Source: Girardia tigrina (lineage: Eukaryota). From it: a stretch of DNA of 51,407 bases. The notes beneath the pieces were generated by a model. It searched no databases. It saw only the letters and a program-made list of their open reading frames with translations, and was not told the DNA's origin. The stretch covers positions 41,287 to 92,693 of the forward strand of contig MQRK01239951.1 of assembly GCA_001938485.1 (NCBI GenBank). Direction: 5' to 3'. This document shows, one piece after another, positions 13,481 through 26,455 of the stretch (its first letter is position 1; each line of letters starts with the position of its first letter). Made by a program: the position numbers and the translations under genes.

Positions 13481-13863
13481 GTAATTATTTTTTATATGAT
13501 AATTTTTCATCGAATTATTTGTTCTTTTTAAATCTTAGTTTAATTTAAAATATTTTATCGGATTTCATTTCTTATTCAACGAAATAGGATATATAATTTT
13601 GATTTTTATAACGAAACGGTTAATTATACCTTACATGAATGTTTAAATAAGTCTCTCTAAATCAGGATGTACATTATGTGTCTTTAATTTTATTGTATTT
13701 GAATTAAATTATTAATATGGGTGGAACCCCGATAATTCTATCTACGGATAATTCAATTGTTTTATTCTAATGAAAATTCCATATATATAAACCCTGAAAA
13801 ATCGATTACCCTGTTAATTCGATCTCTCGATATTTCGGATTATGTTTCAATAATAATTTAATA

Positions 13864-13975
13864 TACAGGGTTTTCAGTACAATTTCGTCATTTTTTAGTT
13901 CCATTTCGTCATTTTCAGTTCAATTTAATCTATTTTAATTTCAATTTCGTCAATTTTTTTTCAATTTCGTTAAAA
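13864..13975. repeat. Orphan TE end: TACAGGGTTTT followed by ~19-20-bp degenerate tandem repeats (caatttcgtcatttt...)
   Basis: Same start as 38154 (tacagggtttt) and similar subterminal repeat layout; no partner end found. Confidence 0.45.
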
Positions 13976-14362
13976 AAGCAAAAAGGTATATTATTTTCAA
14001 AATCTATATTTTTACATAGGAATTAATCTGAAAAAACATATTGTACAATTTATAGACAGAAACAGCACCTAAAAATCTTAAAACAAAAAATTTACTACAA
14101 ACCTCTTAGTTCCTGAAAAAATGTTTTCTATCTTAGTTCCTTAGATAGAAAATAAAGAAAATATTAAATAGCGGCAAATAATTAGATGGTGTGCAAAAAC
14201 TAATATCATATTCGTAATCAGCATACTCAAATTGTGTAAGGAACATAGAAATTGTTTTGCGTGAAAAAAATTATTACAAATTGTAATTCATGTAAACATT
14301 AAAAATACTATTTTTTTTACTAAGTTGACTTTTCAAGTTTGATGAAAATCATTTCCTTAAAT

Positions 14363-14754
14363 CCTTGGTTCTCAAACCGTGTTCCGCGAAAAAAATGAAA
14401 TCTAGAATTAACAATTATCGCAAAAGGAAAATCAGTACAATGTAAAATAATGGTAATATAATCAGCAAATGCCAATGATGTAATTTGTAATATACTAGAC
14501 AGAGTGGTACAGTTAGCCATACAAAATATTCTAGTCATCATTTACTTGATTTAAAGTATAACAAAATACATTAATCTGGCAATTTATTCTTTTATAAAAG
14601 AAAATATTTTGAAAAGGGATGTTATTTTTCTGAGCAATACTCTTGTTTTTATTGCATTCTAGAATCCGAGGAGGTTCGCTACCCCTGCATTAAAGTAAGT
14701 GTTCCGCAGGAATAAGTTTAGTGTTCCCGACTTAAAAAAAGATTGAGAAACACG
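14363..14754. mobile_element. Charlie-type hAT MITE
   Basis: ccttGGTTCTCAAAC...GATTGAGAAACAC ends resemble CAGTGGTTCTCAAAC; gtgttccgcg subterminal motifs; degenerate 8-bp TSD ccttaaat/gcttcaat. Confidence 0.6.
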
Positions 14755-16854
14755 GCTTCAATCAACAGTTTTTTTTAGCAATCGAAATTAAGAAATTACA
14801 GTAATCATAAAATTAAAAAATCTTTACGAACAATTAATGAAAATCTTTAATCTTATATTATAAAAGTTGGTTTTCAAAGAATTGATTTTTATATAACATA
14901 CCGAGAATCTCATTGATCCATTCGATACAATTTCTCACATTTACTAGTGATGATCCAATTCAATAACTTACTTTCTTGATTCATTGTAAACTATTTCTGG
15001 ACAATGGCAGTATCATATAGACTTATTTCGATTATGGAAACGTTGAAATCAGTTCCGACCCTTCATCTCACCGATAACACTATTAAAAAATACATTAGTT
15101 ATCATGATTGCAATTGAATCGATAACTAATTTCAAAATACTATGGTGAATTTTAATGTGTCTATTCAGATGTTTAATCTCAAGTTCAACGACTAGATCAC
15201 GATCTTTTGTAAGACTTTTTTAATTCCTAAATTGCAGAAAATTGATTAAATTAGTAAACTGAATAAATATTATCAAATTTACTTTGGTGCTGTTAACAAA
15301 GAAGCTTCAAGATGTTGTTTTTAAATTTTATTGCAATATATGCGAATAAAAATGTAAAAAATAAATAGTTTTTGTGTAAATGCAACATAAAATTAAAATT
15401 CTATTGAAATCTGTAGAAAATTAGGCGTGGATCTAATCACTACACCCCAGAAATATTTCCAAAAATTGCGAATTTTAGGCATTTTTAGTATTATTTTAAC
15501 AACATAAATTATAAAAATACTTTTTAAAATCATTTAAAGAAACAAATTTTGTGACATTTAATTTTCTACTGAATGAAATTATAAATGTCTTTGTTTCTGT
15601 TTGTTAGGAAATAAAGAATAATGAATGCTGTTTATATATTTAACATTGTTTAAGTACAAATTCTTTGAATTATAATATAAAGTAGAAAGAAACAATGTAG
15701 ATCTAAATTATCATAGATTTTTAACAAATTTATTTTTATAAATTACACAAAAGCAAATTAATTACGATTTATTTAAATATTTGATTGATAATAAAATATT
15801 TTTTTTCAAATAAAAATAGAAAATAATTTGTTACATATAGCTTAATTATTCAACCACTATGTAATCTCCATTATTTTTGTATCACCTGTTGCCATTCTTC
15901 ATGTAAACCATTTAGACATTTGCAAAGAAATATTCGGACTTCAAGAAAAGATAAGTTACGATGAGTGTATTGATATCCTTCTAACAATCAACATTTTATG
16001 ATCTAAATAATTTTACAGAAACTACATAAATGGTAGTTCGAGTTAGCTATGTTACACAATACGTAAAGTGATTTAAAACTTACATTCCTGTTTTCTAGCG
16101 TCTGTTGGATCTTATCTACAGTACGTAGTTTGACATTGTCATGTTTTAACATAACGCACTTCAATGTTAAACAAATGTGAACTGTCCTTCTGTATTTTAT
16201 CAGTCAATCTTATCAATTAATATCATTACATCGCATTTGTTTTTTGTCTTATTTTAATAACTCGAAAAAATCTCGTCATCTACAATCAAAGATATAAATA
16301 TCATACACATTTTATGAATATCCGCTTTGGCATACTTGATGCCAGTAGTCTTGATAAAACGTACTCTATTTATTTATCACATTTATTTAACGAATCCACA
16401 TTTCACCTGGCGTTATTAAGTGGTCCTGGAAACTTTCCTTTTCTGGCGCAGAATTATCAATGAATTTACTAATTTCTTTTCATAACTTTCCATTATTTTT
16501 GTGTTATCTGTCGCTATTCTTAAAAAAACATTTATAGACTTTGCCAAGAAATCTTGGCACATCAATGTAAATTTAGACAATTTTTAAACAAAACCAATTT
16601 GACAAATGTTGGTTGTAATGGTTGTACGTGAAACTTTAAACCTGCAAGTTTCTCTCGGAAGGTTTAGTTCAGCTTCTAGCTAATGTTATAAATACCGGAA
16701 CTCCTGTCTGACAAGGTGCATCTGTGAAGCTCAAATCTTTATCTCAGAATCTATTAAATCAAAGTTGGCCTGTGTGAATGGTAACTACATGTTCTTATAG
16801 AAATTTAGTATTTCCCTTAAACTTATAAAAATGTTCAAAATATTAAGACCAAAC

Positions 16855-16915
16855 TCAAGACCTCGTCGCATTAAAGCTGTTTTACAAGCCGATAGAGGCA
16901 AAACTAAATTATAAC
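16855..16915 (+). pseudogene. Tc1 transposase C-terminal fragment
   Basis: PRRIKAVLQADRGKTKL* resembles MPRRIxAVIKAKGGxTKY. Confidence 0.5.
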
Positions 16916-18631
16916 TATGTAAAATGTTCAACTGATGCTTTGTTGATATGTTTTGCCGTTTTGGTATATGTCAGAATCATAACGTTGACTCTCAACGAGT
17001 TTGAATAAGTCATTTATAAAAGTTTAGTCAATTTAAAAACGACGCAATAAGTTTCCTTTCAACTCTATTTAAAATTATAAATAAAATTTTAATTTAATTA
17101 CAGGGTTATTTTAAAATATAAAAAAATAATGAAGATTTTCTAAGAAACATTTTAAAAGAATCATTGAAGAAATTCAATTCTAAATAAATTCATGGATAAA
17201 TTTTTTCAATATATTTTAAATTATTTATAAATCAGCCATTAAAATCTGTAACTTTATTCTTAAAAAAGTTTTTGTATAATACCTTCTAAATTGTAAGTCA
17301 TGAAAATATAATATTCTTGCCTTAAAAAATATAAAGATGGTTATTGTATAATTGATTATAAAAAGTAACAATTAGTAATATTTGCATTAATAAATTAATT
17401 ATAACTCTTCATTTAATATAATAAGAAAGAATATAATAGTATACTATATAATTTGATATTAAAAATATGTTATTACTATTATTGTTATTAATAATTGTGA
17501 TACTCTGAACTTTATCTTCTTTCTATTACTACATTTTTACCTTCTTTATTTTTTTAATGTATCATTCTCAAACATTTTTTATGTAAAGGTATTACATTTA
17601 TTTTTCTTTTATGTGTGAAAGGTTAATTCACTAATAATTGTAAAAGTTTTCCTCGTAGTATTTATTTTTTTATTTCTGTGTATTATTTTTTTAAGATTAT
17701 TTTTAAAGAATTATATTCAGTTTTCCTTAAAAAGAAAGACGGATCAAAGATTTTATTTATTTTTTTAAGAAAGAAGTCAAAAACGGTAAAAGAAGAAATA
17801 ATAATTAATCGTAGACAAGCCATTACGATTAATTATAATTAAAAATTCAAATAAAAATTGATTTTTTTTAATCAATACACATTTATTATGACAATTAAAT
17901 TAAAATATGAACGCGTATCCATAAAGATATCGCGAGGTACTGATACTGAATAAAAAACAATCACTGCTAAACCAGCTTTTCTAAACTTAGAAAATATTTT
18001 TTGAGTAAACGAGGAATCACGCACTAACATTTAAGGAGTGTTATTTTTTATTTCCAAATTTTCTTCAACCTTTCTTTTTTATCTGAAAGATTTCATCATC
18101 CTTGGGTATTTAGAAATTTTAGTTTTAATTTTGTACGTTACTTGTGAACTTATTTCTTCATTATTAATTATCTATTTTATAGAAAAAATTTCTAATTTTA
18201 ATTATTCCAAAGTTTTGTTTTCGCTGTTGTTTTGATTAGAATTTTCGTCCGTTCTAAAATATCGGAAATTTAGAAATTGATCTTTTATTTTTAAAATTGA
18301 ATACAAATAATTACTTATTTAAATATTTTTTAATAATTTTAATTGTTTCGGAATTAGTGAGTCTCCAATATCTTTCAATTGCATTGAGCTATATTCTCTT
18401 TAGAGACACCTGTAGAGAACGACCAACCATGTTCGGATGCTTCATGGGTTTTCATGCTATATTAGTTAGATATTTGTAATTATTATAGATTTTGTTCATC
18501 CTTAAATTTCATCGGATGGTTCTATTGAGCAAAAAAAACAATAATTTATATATATGTCAGACAGAAATACAGAAATAACGGAATTAAATAAAATATTGGT
18601 TCTAATAAAACTTTTCTGTGTATTATATAGT

Positions 18632-19884
18632 TACGCTCAAAAGTATCCGGACATTTTTTTTAAAAAAACATGAATAAATTTGTCTCAAATAGATGGTATT
18701 ACGATACACTTTATTAAAACTGTTGGTTTGCATTTAAGTGATAAATATTAATATGAGTTGTCTATCTTCCTTGTGATAATTAGTTTTGATGATAATTAAA
18801 AAAGTGAAGCATAAAAAATATCCAGACAGATTAAAAAATATACATTTATAGGATATGTTGTCCAGCCTCATTTGTTCGTAATCATAAAATCTATTCTGGT
18901 GGCATTGAAGCTACCGCTATTTCACAGATGTCTCTTGGTATGCTTTCTTTGCATCTTTTCTACATCTCAGGAGAGATTTAATATTAGTTACATTTTTCGT
19001 TATTGTCTTCCTTAACTAAACCTAGAGATTCTCAAAAAGACCAGAAAGATCAGAACTATTTACAGCCAATCTAGAAAACATTTTTGCTGGCTTGCTAACC
19101 AGTTATTGGTATTCTTTGCTGTATGATTTGAATTACTGTCCTGTAGGAACATAAACTCAGACCCAGTTTAAGTAACAATTTAGTTTTTATACTTCTTTGT
19201 GAACTTTAAACGTTGCTTGAAGTGCCTTTTTAAGGAACAGTTTTTACAGGCAAGTTTTTCAGAAAAGTTTAGTCCCATTTAACCTATTCTTGACAGTAGA
19301 AATACTCATACCGATAATACACTTCGTTGAAAGCTGTTTCTTCACATATATGACATTTAGTGTGTTGGAGCTTTCAATAATAAAGACAATTTTACAATCT
19401 ATCATTTTTTGGTTGTTCTTGACTGGCCATATCTTGAAAAGTTCTTCAGTCTATGATATCATATATCGTTGATTTGAGTATGTCTAACTTATCTGTTATA
19501 TCTCTGTAATATAACTTTCATTTCTAAGTGTTATTACTGCTGTTCCCATCATTTTCCGTTAATTTTTATTTTTAGGCATACCATTATTATTCTGGTTGGA
19601 ACAGAAAACAGTGAAGCACAAATATTATTGCAATCAAAGATTTTATTGATATTAGAATAACTATGTAATGTTAAACATCTCTTTATAGCATACTTTCTTT
19701 TCTGGGTGGATACTTTTGATTCATCAGTTTTTTTAATTATCATCAAGGAAATTCGAAAACTCTTATATTAATATGTATTTACACTTAAATGTAAACCAAT
19801 GGCGTTAATAAAGTTTATAAAAGCAACTGTTTGAAACGAATTTATTCATATTTTTAAGAAAATGTTTGCATGGATACTTTTGTA
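18632..19884 (-). mobile_element. Decayed Tc1 element with ~120-bp imperfect TIRs
   Basis: caaaagtatcc...catttaagtgataaatattaatat (18636-18754) is inverted at about 19766-19882. Minus strand: QDSNSNHTAKNTNNWL..FLDW..NSSDL..FENL, IPRDICEIAVASMP. Confidence 0.75.
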
Positions 19885-20079
19885 ATTTATTTTGCGTATA
19901 TATTATTTTTATTTTTTGTCTCGCATTCAAAATTACGACGATCAAAGTAGCGACATATTCCAAATAGCGTCAATCAAAATCACGACAATAAAAAGAGAAA
20001 TAATTATACAAATGCAACTATAAATAAAAAATGAAACAAATAAGGTACATTTATTTCCGAGTTATAGGCAATGGCTTGT

Positions 20080-20740
20080 AAGAATTCTCGTAAATTGTAT
20101 TGATTTTGATTTTGTTATAATACAGTAATTCTTTTATTCAGGGCTGAATATTTTCTCATTTTTTGAACAAAATCTCTGTCTTGTAAAATTTACTTGTTGA
20201 AAAGATTCTTTTCGTTGCAAAGTCTCAGTAAATCTTTAAATGAAAGCATGCAACTTTCAAGCTGGTTGTTTGTGTGAGAAAGTCCCAATTCTTGTCTTGT
20301 TTGTACACTCCACATTTCTATCGGGAGTAGTGGGATTCTTCGCACCCATCTTCTATGTATCCTACCTAGATAATTATCTTCAAAATAATTTATTAAAGGT
20401 ACTAGTGGAGGATAGACTACAACAAGTTCTTAAAAAGCATCATTTACTTCATTTATTGGAATAAAATCTAATGCAAGGAGCATCTGCATTGATATGCGGA
20501 TATTTGCGTTCTGCATATATGAGATTTTTAATCCTTCACCCTGTATTTTTCTCCAAATCGATTGTCCCAAATGAAAGTATTGGCCATAAATTTGGGGTTC
20601 TAGAAATTCTTCTGTTATTGTATTTTTCGAAGCTAATTCAAAATCTATTTCAATACTTCTAGGAGAAAGTTCGGGCCTTAAAAATTGATTTGTCTCCAGA
20701 TTTCACGATAGGTTGATTGTTGCTCATTAAGTCACTATTT
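20080..20740 (-). pseudogene. Mutator (MULE) transposase remnant
   Basis: PRSIEIDFELASKNTITEEFLEPQIYGQYFHLGQSIWRKIQGEGL and HTNNQLES match the MULE DFExA..GCxFH..Q..WRKIQ..GL and RTNNxxE motifs. Confidence 0.8.
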
Positions 20741-20924
20741 AAAATATTTAAATTAAAAAAGTCCTTTTTCGATTATCGATATTTTGACCGTATCCCATAT
20801 TTTATTTATAGACTGCATATTAAAATAAGTATAAAATTATTTCTTTTTTCTATGACTGAAAAGAAAGATAAAATATAATATTTTAGACATGAAATTTGAT
20901 TTTAAACATCGATATAAATACAGA

Positions 20925-21310
20925 AGTCATCCGATGTGTTAGTTGACCATTCAGACTTTTTAATGAAAAAGAATAAATGTTAAGCCAAATAAAATATTCA
21001 TCTTAAAAAGTATCTGGTATCACTTTCTTTTATTTAAAGAAAGTTCAGTTATTGATGCATCATAATACAAATTATTAACACCAGATGTAAAGTACTGCAT
21101 AAACTCCTTGTATCTAAAGTGAAACTTGAATATTTTAGCACCAGGAGGTAATTTATTCCACTGTTTTAATAATTAAACAATAAGGTCCGACTATCCTTCT
21201 ATCAAAGAAAGATCACGTATAAGGTCTGAAAGTTCAGCATTATTTACTAACTGGGTTACATTACTTTCAGGAATGTAGTCCTCATCGATCAATGGCTTTT
21301 TCAAATAAAT
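20925..21310 (-). pseudogene. Chapaev3-like (CMC) transposase remnant
   Basis: AELSDLIRDLSL..SDLIV*LLKQWNKLPPGAKIFKFHFRYKEFMQYF resembles ELNDLVRDLxLSK..AELLxSRLKxWNLL; family name recalled from memory. Confidence 0.5.
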
Positions 21311-21482
21311 GACTATAACATATGAACCAATTCCACGATTTGTATAAAATAAAATTTTTTGCATAATTTCATCCCAGTTTAATAATAATTTAACAATAAA
21401 AACTTGAAATCTCTAAATAACAAATTTTTATTTTAACCTGAAAGCAATTTGTATAGGTTCAAAAGTCACCAGAATAAAACCT

Positions 21483-23055
21483 TCAAATATTAAAATTACT
21501 GCACAATATTTTAAAATTAGTTGTTTTCACCTCCGATTTACAACCCTTCATATGTCCAGCAATATTACTCCCATTACCCAATCGTCCATACTCCTGAATC
21601 CGTTTACAGAGATGACGAGACGTCTCTCCAATGTATGTAGCGTTGCACCCATTACACGAAAATTGATAAACCAGATTGGAACATAAACTCAAAGGAGTAC
21701 GAGATTTATTGCTGAATATACTTTGAATTTTGTAAGATTTAGAAATGATTTTTAAATTCAAATTTTTACTATCGATTGATTTTAAAATAGACGATTTAAA
21801 TTTTTTGTAACCTTCTGAATAAGGAACGATTAGCGTATATCCAATATTAGAATTTTCATTAGATAATTTATCGGGTTTTACTTCGTCTTTACCCTTGTAA
21901 GTAGCGTTTATGCCACTTTCATTATTATCACATTCTAAAGCCATAATTTAACACCACCAAAAATTTATTAATATTTACAATTCATATACTTAAACAAATT
22001 TCTTGTTAATTCAATTATTTCGCCCAAAATTAGTTCATTAGATTTTTCGATTAAATTTTGAAAATATACAAAAATTTAAATCTAAAATAATCTTACATTT
22101 TTTTTACAAAAATTTTACAATAATAAATCTTAATTAATCTTATATTTTTTACAAAGAATTTTACAATATATAATCTTATATTTTTACAAAAATTTTACCC
22201 ATAAATAATTTACATTTTCTTACAAAAATTTACAAATTTTTAATATAACCAAATTTTAATATAACCAAATTCTTACGAAACTTGATCATAAAACTAACTA
22301 ATTTAAATTTACAATAACCATTTTATTAAAAAATTATTTCGGAAAATATTAATCCATTAATTAAAATTTATTTAGCTTATTCTATAACTTTTATTAAAAT
22401 ATGTTAATTGTTATTACTGTAAACATATTTTAAATAAGTATTTATTATCATATTTTTACTTACATTGTAATTGTTAATTTATTTCTTTTAAATTTTCAAA
22501 TTAAAAAAAATAATAAACTATTTTGGCGAAACTTAAAACTAACCCCTCATAACCCTCATGTTCTTTATTCATTAATTTATCTATCGTCTCATTAGTTAAT
22601 TTCTCTAAAAATGATTTCGAATAGCCATTTTTCTGCAATAGTTCTGTTAGTTTATCTATGCTTGCATCTGCTTTTTCATATGTTGATGATAGAGACCAAC
22701 ACATCAGTAACAAACCTTTTATCATACTTCTATTATACTTAAAAGCTTTTAGTAGTAGTATATAGCCCTGTATCTGTTTTCTTTCTATAAATCTCTGCCT
22801 CGTAACGACTCCCTTTTCTCTCAGGTGAAAACAACTAATTTTAAAATATTGTGCAGTATTTTTAAAAAATATGTGGAAAGAGTTACTTGTGAAGCATTAT
22901 TAATTAAATCACTTAATCCGTCCATTAATGTACAAACAAGTTTCTCTTCCAATTTGTTGAAAATATTTAATTAGTTATTACACAAGATGTTTACATAATC
23001 ATCAATTTGCTATATATAAGACAGGGAAATTGTTTCTAATTCAGCCTGAAGATGG
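21483..23055 (-). mobile_element. Penelope-like element 1: RT C-terminus plus GIY-YIG endonuclease (- strand) with an inverted pseudo-LTR (22823-23055, + strand)
   Basis: IYRKKTDTGLY; LLQKNGYSKSF; SNLVYQFSCNGCNATYIGETSRHLCKRIQE. 36 bp at 21497-21532 are inverted at 22823-22858, which continues ..CEALLIKSLNPSINVQ* then TATATAAG and CTGAAGA. Confidence 0.88.
21936..22553. mobile_element. AT-rich insertion splitting Penelope 1, resembling the solo-LTR family
   Basis: Interrupts KEHEG / ECDNNES; ttaacaccaccaaaaatttatt resembles 7241 ttaacaccaaaattttattt; no clean TG..CA or TSD. Confidence 0.45.
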
Positions 23056-23290
23056 TGGCCGGAGCGGCTGCTATTCCGAAAGGCATTCTTTTAAAACAAT
23101 ATTGACCATTCTTTGCCGAGAATGCCGTTTTAATCTTTGATTCTTCATCAAGTTTAACTTGATAGTATGCGTTTCTCAAGTCAATTGTAGTGAAATACTT
23201 TGCACTATTCAATGTGTTCAACATATCATCCACATTTGGCATAGGGAATGCTGGTCTGAGAGTAACTTTATTTAATTGTCGAAAAGATTT
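23053..23290 (-). pseudogene. Gypsy RT fragment (same family as 6590-9810)
   Basis: MPNVDDMLNTLNSAKYFTTIDLRNAYYQVKLDEESKIKTAFSAKNGQYCFKRMPFGIAAAPAT. Confidence 0.9.
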
Positions 23291-23483
23291 TATTGCGACA
23301 ATAAAATTTGATTTTAATGGCGTTCTTAATTATACACCTTATTGTTCAAAAGATTTTAAATACTTAAAAACAACTTGAATATCATTTACTTATTCGTATT
23401 ATTTAGTCTGATTTACATTTATTTTCTATAAAAATGTTATTATTGCTTTAATATAATTATATCATTATTATTCATTATTTAAG

Positions 23484-23628
23484 AAAAAACAAAGTCCAAC
23501 TGAAGTGACTAATGCAAGGCAAAATAATGTTCCTGTGAAATTCGATGCGAAATTATCTCACAGCCAGTCAGACAGTGTTAAACTTATAACCGAGAAGAAT
23601 AATATGCTTTCCAGCTCCAAATCGTCAG
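23484..23628 (+). CDS. TAO: TAO kinase exon (linker)
   Basis: tttaag|AAA AAA CAA...TCG TCA G|gtattc. 145 nt open, phase 0 to 1, which is the phase change needed between the neighbouring exons: KKQSPTEVTNARQNNVPVKFDAKLSHSQSDSVKLITEKNNMLSSSKSS. Confidence 0.65.
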
Positions 23629-24014
23629 GTATTCATTCTTGAATGAAGTTTTATGGCCATTTGTAGCATATTGAATCATTAAGAATTATATATTTTTACA
23701 GAAATAAAAATTTGTATTTTACAGGGGCAATTTTATATTTATTGTTATAATTTCTTGAGATGACCATTTCAACGGGCAATTATATACGAACACTTTTTCT
23801 ACATTTGTGGTACTCGCGTCAATGTCAGATTAATAAAAAAAAATCAAAATTACATTTTTTTGCTTAATCGAACTCAGAAATTAGTGAACATTTGAATTTG
23901 ACTGTAATTGTGAATAAAAAAATTAATGTATTTCTAATCGATTTGAAGAAAATTAAACAAATCAAATTATAATGGATATTGGCAAAGAGACATCTTTTGA
24001 ATTAAGTTCCTTCA

Positions 24015-24503
24015 TTATTTTCGACCCGACTCTGCACGAATGAAACTGAGGAATTAATGAAATCGACCGCTCAAGAAAACAGAATAAAACTCCTTTACAC
24101 CAACAAGCTGCCACGCCACGCGGGAGTAGCACGAATACAAGTTTCACGGATTCACGTGTACTCGGGTACACGGGGCCAGACATTACGGTCGCTACTGCTG
24201 TCGATCGCGGTCCGCACTGAACGGCCCCTCGGTCACACCGGGCATCCGAACGTCGGCGTCGTTACACCGGTGGGACGAGTCTTGGGGGAGTCTACCGAGA
24301 CAGCGGGACGACTACACATATTTGAAGCAGCATCCAATGTAGCCCTTTGGAAAACAGACCTCTCTACAATAGAGTGGTTTGGGACTCGGCTGACTCGAGC
24401 TGTGTCTCGGACTACAATATTATTATCCATGAAATGAATAATTAATATTAATAAATAATAATTAATATAAATAATATTACTGGTTCTAGGCCGTTTCTGC
24501 ACA
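24015..24503. other. GC/CpG-rich island of unknown origin (possible LTR fragment)
   Basis: 39/60 G+C at 24181-24240 against strongly AT-rich flanks; ends in ...TGCACA; no TSD found. Confidence 0.4.
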
Positions 24504-24827
24504 TAAAATTTGTTTCAACTGAATACATAATATTTTAATTATAATTACTATATCTATAAAAAAATTTAAAATAAACAGTATTTTTGGGTAAATATTTCTT
24601 AAATTCTTTTATATATTATTGATAAATACCCAACCATATTTATTCTATTGCAATATCTTTTTAATTCTTTATATGTTCTTAATACAAAAAGAGGATATTT
24701 TTATAGCATAAATGCATCTTAAAAAATTGCATCTTAGCATCTTTATTTTTCAATAAAAGCTTTTTGTTCAACAATACAATTTATATTAATGTATAAAGTT
24801 GTATTGCTGTAGCATACATTTATTTAG

Positions 24828-24956
24828 AAATCAACATTGTTTTATATTTTTAATTACACAAGTAAAAAAATTAGCAATTTGTTTATTGCAAATCAACATT
24901 GTTTTATATTTTTAATTACACAAGTAAAAAAATTAGCAATTTGTTTATTGCAAATC
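24828..24956. repeat. Exact 62-bp tandem duplication
   Basis: aaatcaacattgttttatat...gtttattgc x2 plus aaatc. Confidence 0.92.
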
Positions 24957-24959
24957 TAG

Positions 24960-25435
24960 GTAAATGAGAAACTTTTTCAACCTCATTATAAGTTTCTGCT
25001 ACAGTACAAGCTACTTTTTGTGATAATATTGCATATTCTTTCTTCCGAGGTTCTGGATTTCCATTTCTTCCATTTTTAAGGGTTAGTTTATGAATAGTAA
25101 TATCTTTAATTAATCCACTACAAAGAAACCAAATACTAGGATGCTTAGAAAAGAAAACAAACTTTAGGTAGTGCCTGTTTAGACTTTTGCCTGTTACCTA
25201 ATATCTAATCCCTTGATTCAAATTACTATCTTTGCATAGTTATCATCAACAGGAAATGTTTCAATTAGTATCTGAAACATATCTAATACATCTTCAGGAG
25301 AAACAAATACAATACCAGGTAACATTTATAGTTGAAATTTATAAGAAATTCATAAGTTATTTTAAGCCCAACATCATTAATATATATCTCATGTCCACCT
25401 TTGTATAGGAAGCCATGTATTTTTCGCAGCAGGTT
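24960..25435 (-). pseudogene. Second Mutator-like transposase remnant
   Basis: YINDVGLKITY..MLPGIVFVSPEDVLDMFQILIETFP resembles MULE GL...Y...LxALAFVPxxDV...F..L. Confidence 0.55.
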
Positions 25436-26059
25436 CTAACATGTTTGTGACTCTTTATTTTCATAAAAAAGGTTATCGTAGATAATTAGCATTAATTTAA
25501 AACATTTGTATGTTACACATTCAAAGTAAGAAAGAAGGAAAATTTAAGTGATGTTACAAAATCTTTTTATCAATGTCTCGTTTGAAAAAAAAATATTCTC
25601 AAAAAACCAATGTCGGAAAGCTAAAAAATATTTACATCAATAGTTCAGATTTTTTTTAATGTTTTGAATCAACGTTCAGATAGAAAATTTCAAGGGTCTG
25701 AAATAAACTCTTTTAGAAGTGACAACATATATCGACTCTTGTCACTGAGAAATAGCACAGCTACCTCAAATTAGTCGAAGATGGAATATTTTTGAATCAA
25801 TTTAGAATCTGCTACAATTCCGAAAAATTAATTAAATTTGAATTGAAAGTTTAATTTTAAATTTAATTTAATTTTAAAAAAAGTTTAAAGGGCTATGCGT
25901 ATTAATTTGTGCAACCAACATAAAAATCTTTCACTTGAATATTTATAAAGCTTATATACTCCTTATAAGCGCAAAGTAGAACTTAAATTTTACTTTGGAA
26001 AGTTAGACTACATTGATTTGATAATTAAAGATCAATAGATTTTTGTTACTTGCCGATAG

Positions 26060-26165
26060 TGCAACCAGTAATGATTTGGGGATCATTTAGCAATCGTAAT
26101 ATTGGTTATCTACATCTTTTCCAGAAAACAGTGAATATCGAGGGATATTTGAAAATAATAAAAAA
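26060..26165 (+). pseudogene. Tc1 transposase fragment
   Basis: VMIWGSFSNRNIGYLHLFQKTVNIEGYLKII resembles VMVWGCFS..G.G.L......MN...Y..IL. Confidence 0.55.
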
Positions 26166-26233
26166 AATATAAAAAAATAATAAAATATTTTATATTTCAT
26201 TTAAAATATGTAAAACACATTTACTTGATTTAA

Positions 26234-26455
26234 CCCTTGAATGCATCTTGTATCAAAAATGATACAACAAACGTTTGAAAGTGCCATGCATCCAGTTTGT
26301 GTAAATAATTGCTGTCCTTTGTAAATAAATTATCTTTGTACATTTTTGTCTATGACGATTATAACAAAACATGTCAAAACTCCCAATCTCAAATACATCA
26401 AATCTAAACAGAAAAAAATATTTCATGAAAAAATAAAAAATCATGCATTTAAGGG
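26234..26455. mobile_element. piggyBac-type MITE (222 bp)
   Basis: TTAA|CCCTTGAATGCAT...ATGCATTTAAGGG|TTAA (12/13 TIR match, TTAA TSD). Confidence 0.85.

Noticed and set aside
23046-23095. Apparent complete hammerhead CTGAAGA-stem-GAAA at the Penelope/Gypsy junction
   Set aside because: The stem and GAAA come from antisense Gypsy RT codons (FGIAAAPAT); four extra nt precede GAAA and there is no convincing stem III or stem I. Likely coincidental.
24057-24437. 126-aa ORF and overlapping antisense ORFs as genes
   Set aside because: No recognisable motif; open frames are expected in locally GC-rich DNA.
25160-25215. DEAD-box-like G.D..QAK.GT motif on the minus strand
   Set aside because: Contains stops and lies within a better-supported Mutator remnant.
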